Source: Oceanispirochaeta sp.
GTDB taxonomy: Bacteria; Spirochaetota; Spirochaetia; DSM-2461
Direction of reading: 5' to 3'
NCBI GenBank assembly: GCA_963666275.2
Contig: CAXXOA010000002.1
Coordinates: 1,056,001-1,120,000, forward strand
DNA: 64,000 nucleotides
Part shown: piece by piece, positions 1 through 9,777 of the stretch
Position numbering within the stretch: position 1 is the first letter of the stretch
How the letters are laid out: each line of letters starts with the position of its first letter
The notes under the pieces: generated by a model
Told to the model about the DNA's origin: nothing
Database searches by the model: none
What the model saw: only the letters and a program-made list of their open reading frames with translations
Made by a program: the position numbers and the translations under genes

Positions 1-625
1 GGTTTTTGAAAGCTCCCTCTCACCCCTTGTTTTCACTTCAGCCGAACTGAAACAGGCCCCTCTCTCTGTTGTGAGAATGCAGGAAGCCTCGGTTCTTACC
101 GGTCTGGGCCCCATGGCCGCCGTAGCAGGAACAATGGCTCAGCTTGCCGCGGAGGAGTCCCGCCGCAGAGGTTCGGCCGAATCGATCATAGAGAACGGGG
201 GAGACCTTTTTCTTGACTGCCGATCCGATGTCACCCTGGGGCTCTTTACGGGAGATAACCGCCGCTTCGGATCTCTGGCTCTTCGGATTTCCCCGGAGAT
301 GATGCCCCTTGCGGTTTGCTCCTCTTCGGGGCGGATGGGGCACTCCCTCAGCCTGGGGGATGCGGATGTGGTCACGGTCTTCTCAGGCAATGCCTCTCTG
401 GCCGATGCGGCAGCCACTCTGGGAGGAAACCTTGTGGTATCGGAAGACACTATTGAACCGGCTCTGAATACTCTCATGGAGATTGAAGGTGTTACAGGCT
501 GCTTCATTATCCGGGATGACAGGTTCGGTTCTGCCGGACGGATTCCAGAACTGCTGCGCAGTCATGATGCCCGGCTGCCCGATAAGGTCTCCAGGGATGA
601 TTCTTCAAACTTTCCTCTTTTATGA
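1..625 (+). CDS. UPF0280 / ApbE-like family protein, 5'-truncated by window edge
   Basis: Frame is open from position 2. GPMAAVAG, IIENGGDLF, VCSSSG, ADAAAT motifs are typical of the UPF0280 (ApbE superfamily) proteins. Confidence 0.75.
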   Translation, partial: VFESSLSPLVFTSAELKQAPLSVVRMQEASVLTGLGPMAAVAGTMAQLAAEESRRRGSAESIIENGGDLFLDCRSDVTLGLFTGDNRRFGSLALRISPEMMPLAVCSSSGRMGHSLSLGDADVVTVFSGNASLADAAATLGGNLVVSEDTIEPALNTLMEIEGVTGCFIIRDDRFGSAGRIPELLRSHDARLPDKVSRDDSSNFPLL

Positions 626-721
626 GTCCCTGTTTCCCACTACAGGGGGAAGAAAGACATTTACGATTCGGGAAAGTCGATTATACTGTAAGGCCAGAAT
701 ATCAGATAGAAAGGACAAACC

Positions 722-2287
722 ATGTACAATATGATCCTTGTGGATGACGAGGCTATTATACGGGAGGGCGTCTCCAGCGTGATCCCCTGGGAAGAGAACG
801 GGTTCTCTCTGGCAGGGGTCTTTGAACACGGCCTGTCCGCACTGGAATACATCGAATCCCATCCTGTGGATGTGGTCCTTTCGGATATCAATATGCCCCG
901 GATGAACGGCCTGGAACTGAGCCGGATCCTGGGAGAACGCTATCCGGATATGACAGTCATACTCCTGACAGGGTACGATGATTTTGAATACGCCCAGGAA
1001 GCAGTCCGGAATCAGGTCAGGGAGTTCCTTCTTAAACCGATAACGAAAAAAGAACTTTCAAAGGTCCTTGGAACCATCCGGGAGGAACTGGACAGGAAGA
1101 GGGAGCAGAAGAAAGCCCAGGAGGTGCTGCTCGCCAAGCTGGAACAGAGTTTTCCCCTGCTGAAGGAACGGTTCCTCTGCCGGCTTCTCAACGGCAGGAT
1201 CAGCAGAGAGGAACTGGAGTCCCGCCAGGAGTTCACGGGATGGATCGATCTGAAAAGCTATTATGCCATCATCCTGATCCGGTCCCCTCAGGACTGGGAC
1301 GATCTTGACCGCCTCTCTCTCTCGGAAACTCTGAAGGAGAAAGTAAGAGAGGAGGATGAGGTTTTCTTCAACAGGAATGAGGATCTCATTATGCTGCTGC
1401 AGGATCAAAACCCGGAGGAGCTTGAAACCCGCACTATCCAGATGGCACAGGAGGCTTTCCGCTTTACCTCCCGCAATGAGGGAAAACAGGTCTCCATCGG
1501 CTGCGGAGAGGTGGTGGACGGGGTGGGGAAACTCGAACGATCCTATCTGGGGGCCCAGAATGCTGTGGAGTATGCCCGTCTTCTGGGGCTGTCCCATATC
1601 CTTTCGGTTCAGGATATCCGGAGCAGGGAAGCCATCTCTCCCGAACAGTTCAATGCCTACTGCGGCAGGATTATAAGCAGCCTGAAAGAGGGGGGGCTCG
1701 AGGACAGCCTTGAGGCTCTGGAGGAGCTGCTGGGGTATCTGGCCTCCCATTATCTGACTTCAGATCAGCTTGTTGTGGGATTTATGCATTTTTATCAGAT
1801 GCTTGATTCCTTTGCCCGGGATATGGACCTGCAGGAGGATGCCGGAGATAGTCTTATCTCCCATACCGGAGAGTTCGAATCGCTTGAAACAGCCACCCTG
1901 TTTTTCAGGAATCTCATACAGAGCCTGGATGAGAGGATCAGGAAAAGACGGAATGACATGCTTTTCTCCCGGATAGACAAGGCTAAACATATTATCCGGG
2001 AACGGTTCCGGGAGAGCCGTTTCTCCCTGCAGGATATCTGCGATGAACTCTACCTTTCCACAAGCCAGTTCAGTCTCCTTTTCAAGGACGGCACAGGCCA
2101 GACCTTTGTGGAGTATCTCACCGCTTGCCGGGTCGAGGAAGCCAAGAAACTTCTGGCCGGGACAGATCTCAAGGGCTATGAGATTGCGGAAAAAGTCGGG
2201 TATACGGACCCCCGCTATTTTACAATCATTTTCAAAAAGCAGACGGGAATGACCGCTATGGAGTACCGCAGGAGCCGGAAGACATGA
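722..2287 (+). CDS. YesN-type two-component response regulator (receiver + AraC HTH)
   Basis: N-terminal ILVDDE...LSDINMP...FLLKP receiver; C-terminal AraC HTH (YEIAEKVGYTDPRYF). Confidence 0.93.
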   Translation: MYNMILVDDEAIIREGVSSVIPWEENGFSLAGVFEHGLSALEYIESHPVDVVLSDINMPRMNGLELSRILGERYPDMTVILLTGYDDFEYAQEAVRNQVREFLLKPITKKELSKVLGTIREELDRKREQKKAQEVLLAKLEQSFPLLKERFLCRLLNGRISREELESRQEFTGWIDLKSYYAIILIRSPQDWDDLDRLSLSETLKEKVREEDEVFFNRNEDLIMLLQDQNPEELETRTIQMAQEAFRFTSRNEGKQVSIGCGEVVDGVGKLERSYLGAQNAVEYARLLGLSHILSVQDIRSREAISPEQFNAYCGRIISSLKEGGLEDSLEALEELLGYLASHYLTSDQLVVGFMHFYQMLDSFARDMDLQEDAGDSLISHTGEFESLETATLFFRNLIQSLDERIRKRRNDMLFSRIDKAKHIIRERFRESRFSLQDICDELYLSTSQFSLLFKDGTGQTFVEYLTACRVEEAKKLLAGTDLKGYEIAEKVGYTDPRYFTIIFKKQTGMTAMEYRRSRKT

Positions 2288-4080
2288 AAAACTCTCTCCG
2301 CTTCGGGACTCTGGACTCCCGTATCTATACCATTTTTACCCTGATGATCTTTCTGGCCATTTTCATTATGCAGCTTGTCTCCTTCCGGTTCACCATCAAT
2401 ACGGTCAGAAGCTCAACTCTGGAGAGCAACCGGGCAATGCTGGAACAGCTTGTCAATCAGATGGACACCTATATCGCCGGGATGGAGCAGATCTCCGTCT
2501 CGGTTACCACTGATCAGGAGATTCAGACTCTATTGAATATGGAGGCTCCTGTCCCGGCGGCGGAAAAAGAGCTGTTGAACGGGGTGATCCAGAACAGACT
2601 TTACAACTATATCCAGGCCAGGGAGGATATCTCGGATATCCTTGTGATCGGATACAACGGGGAAACCATTTCCAGCGACAAAACCGCACAGATCAATCCC
2701 TGGACCTCCATAGAGGATAAGGACTGGTATTCCGGTGCGGTCGAAGCCTTTGACAGAACCGTTGTCTCCACATCCTATGTCCAGAATCTCATAAAGAACA
2801 GGTATTCCTGGGTCGTTTCCCTCAGCAGAGCGATCCTCTCCCTGGAAGACCGGCGCATCATCGGCGTTCTGCTGGTGGACCTGAAGTTCAACAGGATCAA
2901 AGAGCTCTGCCAGTCCCTGGTGATCGGCAGGAAAGGGTACAATTTTATCCTGGACCGGCAGGGGAACTACATCTACCATCCCACACAGCAGCTGGTTTAC
3001 AGCAATATCAAAAAAGAACCGGTCCGGGAGATCCTGAGTCTGCTGGATCATCCCGGAAGAAACTCCTTCCAGCTGGATGAACGGTACTATCTTGTGGAAA
3101 CCTCGGATCTTACAGGATGGTCCGTTGTGAATGTCACCCATGACAGCGATATCGTCACCGAATGGAAGTCTGTGCAGATTATCTATGCTCTCATAGGGCT
3201 TATCCTTTTTCTGATTGTCGGCCTGGCCACGAACAGGATCTCCTCGGGCATCACCAAACCTGTCAGAAAGCTACAGGAGATCATGCAGGGGGTGGAAACA
3301 GGGGAGTTCCGGCAGGTGGGTCATATCAGGGCCACCGATGAGATCCGGGAACTGGCCCGGGAATATGATCTGATGGTGAGCCGGATCAGAGAGCTCATGG
3401 AAGCCAATATGCGGGAGCAGGAGCTGAAAAGGAAAAGCGACCTCAAAGCCCTGCAGGCGCAGATCAATCCTCACTTTCTCTACAATACCCTGGATTCAAT
3501 TATCTGGATGGGAGAAATGGGGCAGAGTGAAAAAGTGGTGCAGATGACCTCGGCTCTTTCAAAGCTGTTCCGTATAAGCATAAGCAAAGGGCGGGAGTTG
3601 ATACCCATCAAGGATGAGATGGAGCATGTCCTCTCCTATCTGACCATACAGGAGATGCGCTATAAAGATAAATTCACCTATGAAATGGATATCGATCCGG
3701 ATCTATACGATATGATCACCCTGAAAATCACGCTGCAGCCCCTTGTGGAGAATGCGATCTATCACGGGATCAAAGAGGTGGATTATCAGGGACATATTCA
3801 GATATCCGGCTGGCGGGAAGAGAACAATATGATTCTGGAAGTGATGGATAACGGCAGGGGAATGGATGAAGAGCAGCTGCAGGAGATGATCATGGGCCTG
3901 GAAACTCCCCTGGAAAAGCGGCCCCGTCTATCCCGTCAGGGAATGGGTGTGCGGAATGTGCATGAAAGGATCCGGCTCTATTTCGGGGAACAGTACGGGT
4001 TGAGCTGTACCAGTTCTCCCGGGGAGGGGACGGCTATCAGAGTGAAAATGCCCATATCCGAACTGGAGGCGTATATATGA
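2284..4080 (+). CDS. YesM/LytS-type sensor histidine kinase (Cache, HAMP, His_kinase, HATPase)
   Basis: Two TM segments around a periplasmic domain; LQAQINPHFLYNTL H-box; LQPLVENAIYHG, DNGRG and GMGVRNV boxes; 4-bp overlap with the upstream gene. Confidence 0.93.
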   Translation: MKNSLRFGTLDSRIYTIFTLMIFLAIFIMQLVSFRFTINTVRSSTLESNRAMLEQLVNQMDTYIAGMEQISVSVTTDQEIQTLLNMEAPVPAAEKELLNGVIQNRLYNYIQAREDISDILVIGYNGETISSDKTAQINPWTSIEDKDWYSGAVEAFDRTVVSTSYVQNLIKNRYSWVVSLSRAILSLEDRRIIGVLLVDLKFNRIKELCQSLVIGRKGYNFILDRQGNYIYHPTQQLVYSNIKKEPVREILSLLDHPGRNSFQLDERYYLVETSDLTGWSVVNVTHDSDIVTEWKSVQIIYALIGLILFLIVGLATNRISSGITKPVRKLQEIMQGVETGEFRQVGHIRATDEIRELAREYDLMVSRIRELMEANMREQELKRKSDLKALQAQINPHFLYNTLDSIIWMGEMGQSEKVVQMTSALSKLFRISISKGRELIPIKDEMEHVLSYLTIQEMRYKDKFTYEMDIDPDLYDMITLKITLQPLVENAIYHGIKEVDYQGHIQISGWREENNMILEVMDNGRGMDEEQLQEMIMGLETPLEKRPRLSRQGMGVRNVHERIRLYFGEQYGLSCTSSPGEGTAIRVKMPISELEAYI

Positions 4081-5069
4081 AAAACTGGTATCTCCTGCTT
4101 CTCAGCCTTGTGGCGGCTCTCCTTCTGTTTATGGCCCTCTCTTTTCTGTACAACACTTCGGGGACAGAGCTTCCCGAAATGGACGCTCCCGTGGAGATCA
4201 TTCTTAAATCCACGATCGGTCCTTCCATGGATTTCTGGGTTGAAGTGGAGCAGGGTATCTATGAGGCGGCAAAGGAATTCGGTGTGGCCGTGGAGATTTC
4301 CGGTCCCCGTTTTGAACGGGATATCAAAAGGCAGATCCATATCCTTGAAAATGTCATTTCCAAGAATCCCCCTCTGATTATTCTGGCGGCAAACGACTAC
4401 TCCCTCCTTGTGGAACCTGTCATGAAAGCAAGGGACGCGGGAATCCCTGTGATTTCCATCGATTCGGGTATCGATACTGATATCCCTGTCTCTTTCATTG
4501 CCACAGACAATATTATTGCCGGTCATAAAGCGGGGAGGGAGATGAAACGGCTGATTTCAGGTTCCTCCCGGAAGCAGGTGGCGATTGTCAGCCATATACA
4601 GGGAACAGCCACCGCCATTGACAGGGAGCTGGGAGTATCCAGCGCCCTTGAAGGAGAGGAGCTTATCGGTACCTGGTTCTGTGATGTGGACGAGAAGAAA
4701 GCCTATCTGATTGCAAAGGATCTTATGAAAAATCCCGATCTGGGGGGGATTGTCGCTCTGAACGAGGTATCCACCCTGGGGGTCTGCCGGGCAGTGGCCG
4801 AAGAGGATGCAGCTGACAGGATACTGGTTGTGGGATTTGATAATGCTGTAAAAGAGCTATCCTATCTGGAAGAGGGTGTACTGAAAGCGACGGTGGTACA
4901 GCGTCCCTACAATATGGGATACCTCTCGGTCAGGGTCGCTTCAGAGTTTCTTCGAGGCGAACAGGTCCCTCCGTTTATAGATACAGGATCGGTTCTCATT
5001 ACAAGGAAGAATATGTTTGAAAGAGAGTTTCAGGAACTGCTGTTCCCTTTTTCTCATAATAATGAATAA
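4077..5069 (+). CDS. RbsB-like periplasmic binding protein, probably a sensory partner of the kinase
   Basis: N-terminal TM anchor; GIPVISIDS, FIATDN, VVGFD, VVQRPYNMGY motifs; overlaps the kinase stop. Confidence 0.85.
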   Translation: MKNWYLLLLSLVAALLLFMALSFLYNTSGTELPEMDAPVEIILKSTIGPSMDFWVEVEQGIYEAAKEFGVAVEISGPRFERDIKRQIHILENVISKNPPLIILAANDYSLLVEPVMKARDAGIPVISIDSGIDTDIPVSFIATDNIIAGHKAGREMKRLISGSSRKQVAIVSHIQGTATAIDRELGVSSALEGEELIGTWFCDVDEKKAYLIAKDLMKNPDLGGIVALNEVSTLGVCRAVAEEDAADRILVVGFDNAVKELSYLEEGVLKATVVQRPYNMGYLSVRVASEFLRGEQVPPFIDTGSVLITRKNMFEREFQELLFPFSHNNE

Positions 5070-5110
5070 AAACTTTACTTTTTTATCCATCTGAATAAGT
5101 ATTTTTATGT

Positions 5111-6832
5111 ATGTATAAAATATTTTTTAAAATAGCTTTCTGTTTTATTCTGGTATTCTGTATTTCCGAAGCATTCTCCAATTCCATTCTGTTGCCGGAC
5201 AGTGAGGAATTTGTAGATCTGGATCCGATCACACGGGAAGACTGGAAGCTTTCGATTCCTGAGAAAGTCCGTAGCGGCTACAAGGCTCAGTATCTGTACA
5301 TTTCAAAATTGAACACAGATACATATCTGGCGGCTGCGGTTACGCCCTCTTCCGGGATTGGCCAATGGATACTGGAACTCCGTTATCAGTTTGAGCTTGT
5401 GGAAATTCACTACTATTCCAGTGATGAAAATCAGTGGATCAGTAGTATTTCAGGAGATCAGGTCCCCATGAACCACAGGGATCTGCCGCATACCGCCCTG
5501 GTTTTTCCTCTGGATCTTCCCCTCGGAGAGTCGACGGAAATCTATATTCATCTTCAGGATTATCAGAAAAAAGGGACATCCCTGCGGCTGGTCTCCCCCG
5601 GGAAGTTCTTTCTGCAGGCAGGAAGGAGCAATGCCTATCTTTCATTCTCGTTCAGTCTGATTCTGATTATAGGGCTGTACCATTTTTTTCTGTTCCTTAC
5701 GGGAAAGAAGCAGTTCTATCTCTATTACTCTCTGATTATGATCTCTCTGGTGGCGGCTCTGACTGGGAAGCATAGAATCCTCAGTTTCCTGCTTCTGCCG
5801 GGAAGACCCTATGGATACTTTGTCTATCTTTTCTTCAATTCCCTGGCCATTCTCTTCAGTCTGCTCTTTGCCGGGGTCTTTTTCCAGATACCCAAAAGAA
5901 GCCCCGAGAGCAGAATCCTGACAGCTTTCATATCCCTGTTCTCAGTACTGATCCTTCTGTCTCTCCTCATACCAACCCCTCTACTGGGGGATCTTATGAA
6001 TTTCATTATCATTCCCACACTGATTTTCATTCTTTTCCTGATTGTCAGGAAAAGCTTCAAAGGGGATAAGACCTCCCTGATCGTCCTGGTCAGTTTTCTT
6101 CCCCTTGTCCTGGGAGCTCTGCTTGAAAATATCCTTGTGTATTCGGATTTCTTCTTTCTGAACCATCAGGGAACTCTGATTTTGACCGGAACAATGCTCC
6201 ATACACTGATTATGAGCTACTCTCTTGCCATGCAGCAGGCAAAGCTTGATCTCCGTTACACCGCCCTCAGAAAGAACTTCCACAGGCATGTGAACAAGAG
6301 CGTCAGCGACAGGACAAGGGAACTGCAGGACAGTGTGTACAGAGATCCCCTGACGGGGGTGCTCAACAGGGCCTGCCTGGAAGATAAAATAAAAGAACTG
6401 GAAGCAGGGTGTCAGATGGAAATGAGCATTCTCTTTGCGGATCTGGACAATTTCAAATACTACAATGACAATTTCGGACACCCCGTGGGAGACGAGATCC
6501 TGTGCCGATTCTCCCGTTTTCTCCGGGAACATCTGCGTTCGGATGATCTGATATTCCGCTACGGTGGAGATGAGTTTCTGATCTTTATGCCCGATACGGA
6601 AGCCGATCAGGCTCAGAATCTGAGTTACCGCCTTCATCGGGAATTCCAGGAAATGGCTGAGACTCTGTGCCGGGATCTTGTCGAATCCGAGTGTCTTCTG
6701 GGGGTCTCCCTGGGCTACGCATTATGGTCCGGGAAAGAGCCTCTGAAGGGGGCTGTCGAAAAAGCCGACCAGGCTCTTCTGAAAGCAAAGGAGCAGGGAA
6801 AAAATAGAATTGTTCTGTCCTCAGAGCTTTGA
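5111..6832 (+). CDS. Membrane diguanylate cyclase (7TM-DISM-type sensor + GGDEF)
   Basis: Signal peptide, periplasmic DISMED2-like region, about 7 TM helices, DPLTG, DLDNFKYYND, I-site RSDD five residues before an intact GGDEF. Confidence 0.88.
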   Translation: MYKIFFKIAFCFILVFCISEAFSNSILLPDSEEFVDLDPITREDWKLSIPEKVRSGYKAQYLYISKLNTDTYLAAAVTPSSGIGQWILELRYQFELVEIHYYSSDENQWISSISGDQVPMNHRDLPHTALVFPLDLPLGESTEIYIHLQDYQKKGTSLRLVSPGKFFLQAGRSNAYLSFSFSLILIIGLYHFFLFLTGKKQFYLYYSLIMISLVAALTGKHRILSFLLLPGRPYGYFVYLFFNSLAILFSLLFAGVFFQIPKRSPESRILTAFISLFSVLILLSLLIPTPLLGDLMNFIIIPTLIFILFLIVRKSFKGDKTSLIVLVSFLPLVLGALLENILVYSDFFFLNHQGTLILTGTMLHTLIMSYSLAMQQAKLDLRYTALRKNFHRHVNKSVSDRTRELQDSVYRDPLTGVLNRACLEDKIKELEAGCQMEMSILFADLDNFKYYNDNFGHPVGDEILCRFSRFLREHLRSDDLIFRYGGDEFLIFMPDTEADQAQNLSYRLHREFQEMAETLCRDLVESECLLGVSLGYALWSGKEPLKGAVEKADQALLKAKEQGKNRIVLSSEL

Positions 6833-6844
6833 TTTTCCTGTAAT

Positions 6845-6903
6845 AATCTTCAATATCTTCCGAATTTAGGAAATATTTCAACATTCTCCGTAAAATCTTC
6901 AAT
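6845..6903 (+). promoter_or_regulatory. Direct repeats, candidate YesN/AraC binding site upstream of the ABC operon
   Basis: AATCTTCAAT at 6845 and 6894; ATATTTCAAC at 6873 (21 bp before 6894). Confidence 0.45.
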
Positions 6904-6975
6904 TTCGCGATTTCAAATTCGGGGGGATAATTTTCCTATCCTCACAGGAAAAATCCCAGAAAGGAGTGTGAGATT

Positions 6976-8475
6976 TTGGGAGAAGTTATCCTCTCGATGC
7001 AGAAAATCGATAAACGTTTTTCCGGAGTACATGCACTGAAAAGTGTAGACTTCGAGCTGCGCGCTGGAGAGATTCACGCGCTGATGGGTGAAAACGGAGC
7101 AGGGAAGTCTACACTGATGAAAGCCCTCACCGGTATATACCCTAAAGATTCAGGTGAAATATATTATCTGGGGAAACTCTATAACCCCCGGGACCCGAAA
7201 GAAGCCCTTGGCAGGGGAATCGGGATCATTCACCAGGAACTGAACATGATGGAGCACCTGACGGTAGCTCAGAATATCTTTATTGGCAGGGAATCAACAA
7301 AAGGCAAAGGTCTGTTTCTGGACGACAGGAAAGTGAATCAGAGGGCAGAAGCTCTGTTCAAACGTCTGAATATGGATATCGACCCGAAGGAGACCCTGGG
7401 GAATCTGACTGTCGGAAAGCAGCAGATGGTGGAAATCGCCAAAGCGGTATCACACAATCTTAAAATTCTCATCCTTGATGAGCCAACTGCGGCGTTAACC
7501 GAAACCGAGATCAATGAACTGTTTGCCATTATGCGCGACCTGGCGGCAAAAGGCGTGGGGATGATCTATATCTCTCACCGAATGGATGAAATAGGCCAGA
7601 TTACCGACAGAGTTACGGTCATGCGGGATGGTGAGAATGCTGGTGTGGGAAACACCAAAGAGCTCTCCAAGGAAGATATCATCAATATGATGGTTGGTCG
7701 GGTTATCTATGAAGAACCCAAACAGCAGAGCAATGTTCCCGCCGATGCGGAAGTGGTTCTGAAAGTGAACAGCCTCAATGCGGGAAAGCTTGTAAAAGAT
7801 GTCTCTTTTGAGCTGAGAAGAGGAGAAATCCTGGGATTCGCCGGACTCATGGGTGCCGGTAGAACCGAAACGGCAAGAGCTCTTTTCGGAGCTGATCCTC
7901 TGGATAGCGGATACATAGAAATCAATGGAAAGCCTGTAAAGATTTCCTCCCCGATGGATGCTGTACGGCATGGAATCGGCTATCTGTCGGAAGACAGAAA
8001 AAGATACGGTCTGGCTCTGGGACTGAGTGTTACGGAAAACTCCATCCTGGCGGCGTATGACGACTTTGAGCATGGTCTGTTTGTCCATAAAAAGAAAGTG
8101 GCAAAGATCACCAGCGAGTACGTGGACACCCTTAAGATCAAGACACCTTCGGTTGAACAGCTGCTGAAAAATCTCTCCGGAGGAAACCAGCAGAAGGTTG
8201 TTATTGCGAAATGGCTGATCAAAAACAGTGAAATCCTGATCTTTGATGAACCTACAAGAGGTATCGATGTGGGAGCGAAAAGTGAGATCTACACTTTGAT
8301 GAACGCTCTGGTCAAAGAGGGGAAATCCATCATCATGATCTCTTCCGAGCTCACTGAAGTCCTGCGTATGAGTGACCGGGTTCTGGTCATGTGCGAAGGA
8401 AGAGTTACCGGAGAACTGGATATCAAAGATGCCAGTCAGGAAGAAATAATGAAATACGCAACGAAAAGGGATTAA
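6976..8475 (+). CDS. Sugar ABC transporter ATP-binding protein (RbsA/MglA type)
   Basis: GENGAGKS Walker A, two ABC domains, LSGGNQQK signature, DEPTRGIDVG; TTG start after AAGGAG. Confidence 0.95.
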   Translation: MGEVILSMQKIDKRFSGVHALKSVDFELRAGEIHALMGENGAGKSTLMKALTGIYPKDSGEIYYLGKLYNPRDPKEALGRGIGIIHQELNMMEHLTVAQNIFIGRESTKGKGLFLDDRKVNQRAEALFKRLNMDIDPKETLGNLTVGKQQMVEIAKAVSHNLKILILDEPTAALTETEINELFAIMRDLAAKGVGMIYISHRMDEIGQITDRVTVMRDGENAGVGNTKELSKEDIINMMVGRVIYEEPKQQSNVPADAEVVLKVNSLNAGKLVKDVSFELRRGEILGFAGLMGAGRTETARALFGADPLDSGYIEINGKPVKISSPMDAVRHGIGYLSEDRKRYGLALGLSVTENSILAAYDDFEHGLFVHKKKVAKITSEYVDTLKIKTPSVEQLLKNLSGGNQQKVVIAKWLIKNSEILIFDEPTRGIDVGAKSEIYTLMNALVKEGKSIIMISSELTEVLRMSDRVLVMCEGRVTGELDIKDASQEEIMKYATKRD

Positions 8476-8481
8476 GAGATT

Positions 8482-9705
8482 ATGGAAACCAAACTGAACG
8501 AAAAAAGCATGGGAGACAAGATCCGCGAAATCGGCCTTCAGAAATTTCTGGCCCCTGCGGCCCTTGTTATCCTCTATATCTTTTTTGGAATCTTCGGAAG
8601 GAACTTCTTTTCCTACACCACCCTGGTGAATATCCTGGATTCCTCCTATTACATCGGATTCATTGCCATCGGTGTAACATTTGTTATTATCACCGGAGGG
8701 ATAGACCTCTCCTGCGGTACTGTCATGATGGCTGCCGCGATCATCGGAGGTACGGCCTATAAATCCTGGGGTTGGCCCATGTGGCTCTCTCTGGTTGTGA
8801 TTATGATTGTGGCCATCGCCTTCGGATTCTTCAACGGTATTATGGTCTCCAGGCTCAATCTGCCGCCCTTCATTGCCACTCTGGGAACCATGATGATCTC
8901 CATGGGTGTGGGATCTATTGTCTCTAACGTAAGAAGTGCCACATTCCCCACAAGAGCGAATGAAGACGGATGGTTCAAGAATATATTCAAATATATTACG
9001 GAAGACAATTTTTCCATTCCAACCGGAGCCATTGTCCTTTTCGGTACAGCCTTTATCTGCTTCATTATTCTGACAAAGACAAAAATGGGACGTTACATCT
9101 TTGCTGTGGGAAGCAACAAGGAAGCCGCCAGACTGTCAGGTGTGAATGTCAGAAAATGGGAAATGATGGCCTATGTGGTCAGCGGTGTTATGTCCGGTAT
9201 CGGCGGTATTGCCTTTGCAGCGGTATATACCACGGTTATGCCTGCACAGGGACAGGGATTTGAGCTGTATGCGATTGCCGGTGCAGTAATCGGCGGTACC
9301 TCCCTTTCCGGCGGTATCGGTACAATCTTCGGTACCATGATCGGTGTTTATATTATGAGTGTTCTGAGAACCGGACTTCCTTCCATGGATCTTCAGTCCC
9401 ACTATCAGACCTTCTTTACCGGTGTGGTTGTAATCGGTGCGGTTCTGCTGGACATCTACAGAAACAAAAAGGCTTCAGAAGTGAAGATTCTGGCTCCTTC
9501 GGATACATACAAAGAGAAGACAACCAGACAGATTCTGATGCTGAAACAGGAAGGCAAGGCAGAAGAAGCGGCCGCTCTGAAAGCCGAGATGAAAGAGACC
9601 TATGTGAAAATGAAAGCCCAGGAAAAAGCGGAAAAGCAGAGAGTCCTGGCAGAGGAAAAAGAGGCGGAAAGGCAGTTTGAACTGGAGATGAAATCCCAGC
9701 AGTAA
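8482..9705 (+). CDS. Sugar ABC transporter permease (RbsC type) with charged C-terminal extension
   Basis: GGIDLS, PPFIATLG, GRYIFAVGSNKEAARLSG, VIGGTSLSGG motifs. Confidence 0.93.
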   Translation: METKLNEKSMGDKIREIGLQKFLAPAALVILYIFFGIFGRNFFSYTTLVNILDSSYYIGFIAIGVTFVIITGGIDLSCGTVMMAAAIIGGTAYKSWGWPMWLSLVVIMIVAIAFGFFNGIMVSRLNLPPFIATLGTMMISMGVGSIVSNVRSATFPTRANEDGWFKNIFKYITEDNFSIPTGAIVLFGTAFICFIILTKTKMGRYIFAVGSNKEAARLSGVNVRKWEMMAYVVSGVMSGIGGIAFAAVYTTVMPAQGQGFELYAIAGAVIGGTSLSGGIGTIFGTMIGVYIMSVLRTGLPSMDLQSHYQTFFTGVVVIGAVLLDIYRNKKASEVKILAPSDTYKEKTTRQILMLKQEGKAEEAAALKAEMKETYVKMKAQEKAEKQRVLAEEKEAERQFELEMKSQQ

Positions 9706-9733
9706 AAGGCTTTTCACACAAAAAAGGTATATA

Positions 9734-9757
9734 CCCGGATCTGGGAACAGATCCGGG
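9734..9757 (+). other. Intra-operon RNA stem-loop upstream of the binding-protein gene
   Basis: CCCGGATCTG-GGAA-CAGATCCGGG: perfect 10-bp stem with GNRA loop and no U-tract on the + strand. Confidence 0.6.
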
Positions 9758-9777
9758 AAAAAATACAGGAGGATTTT

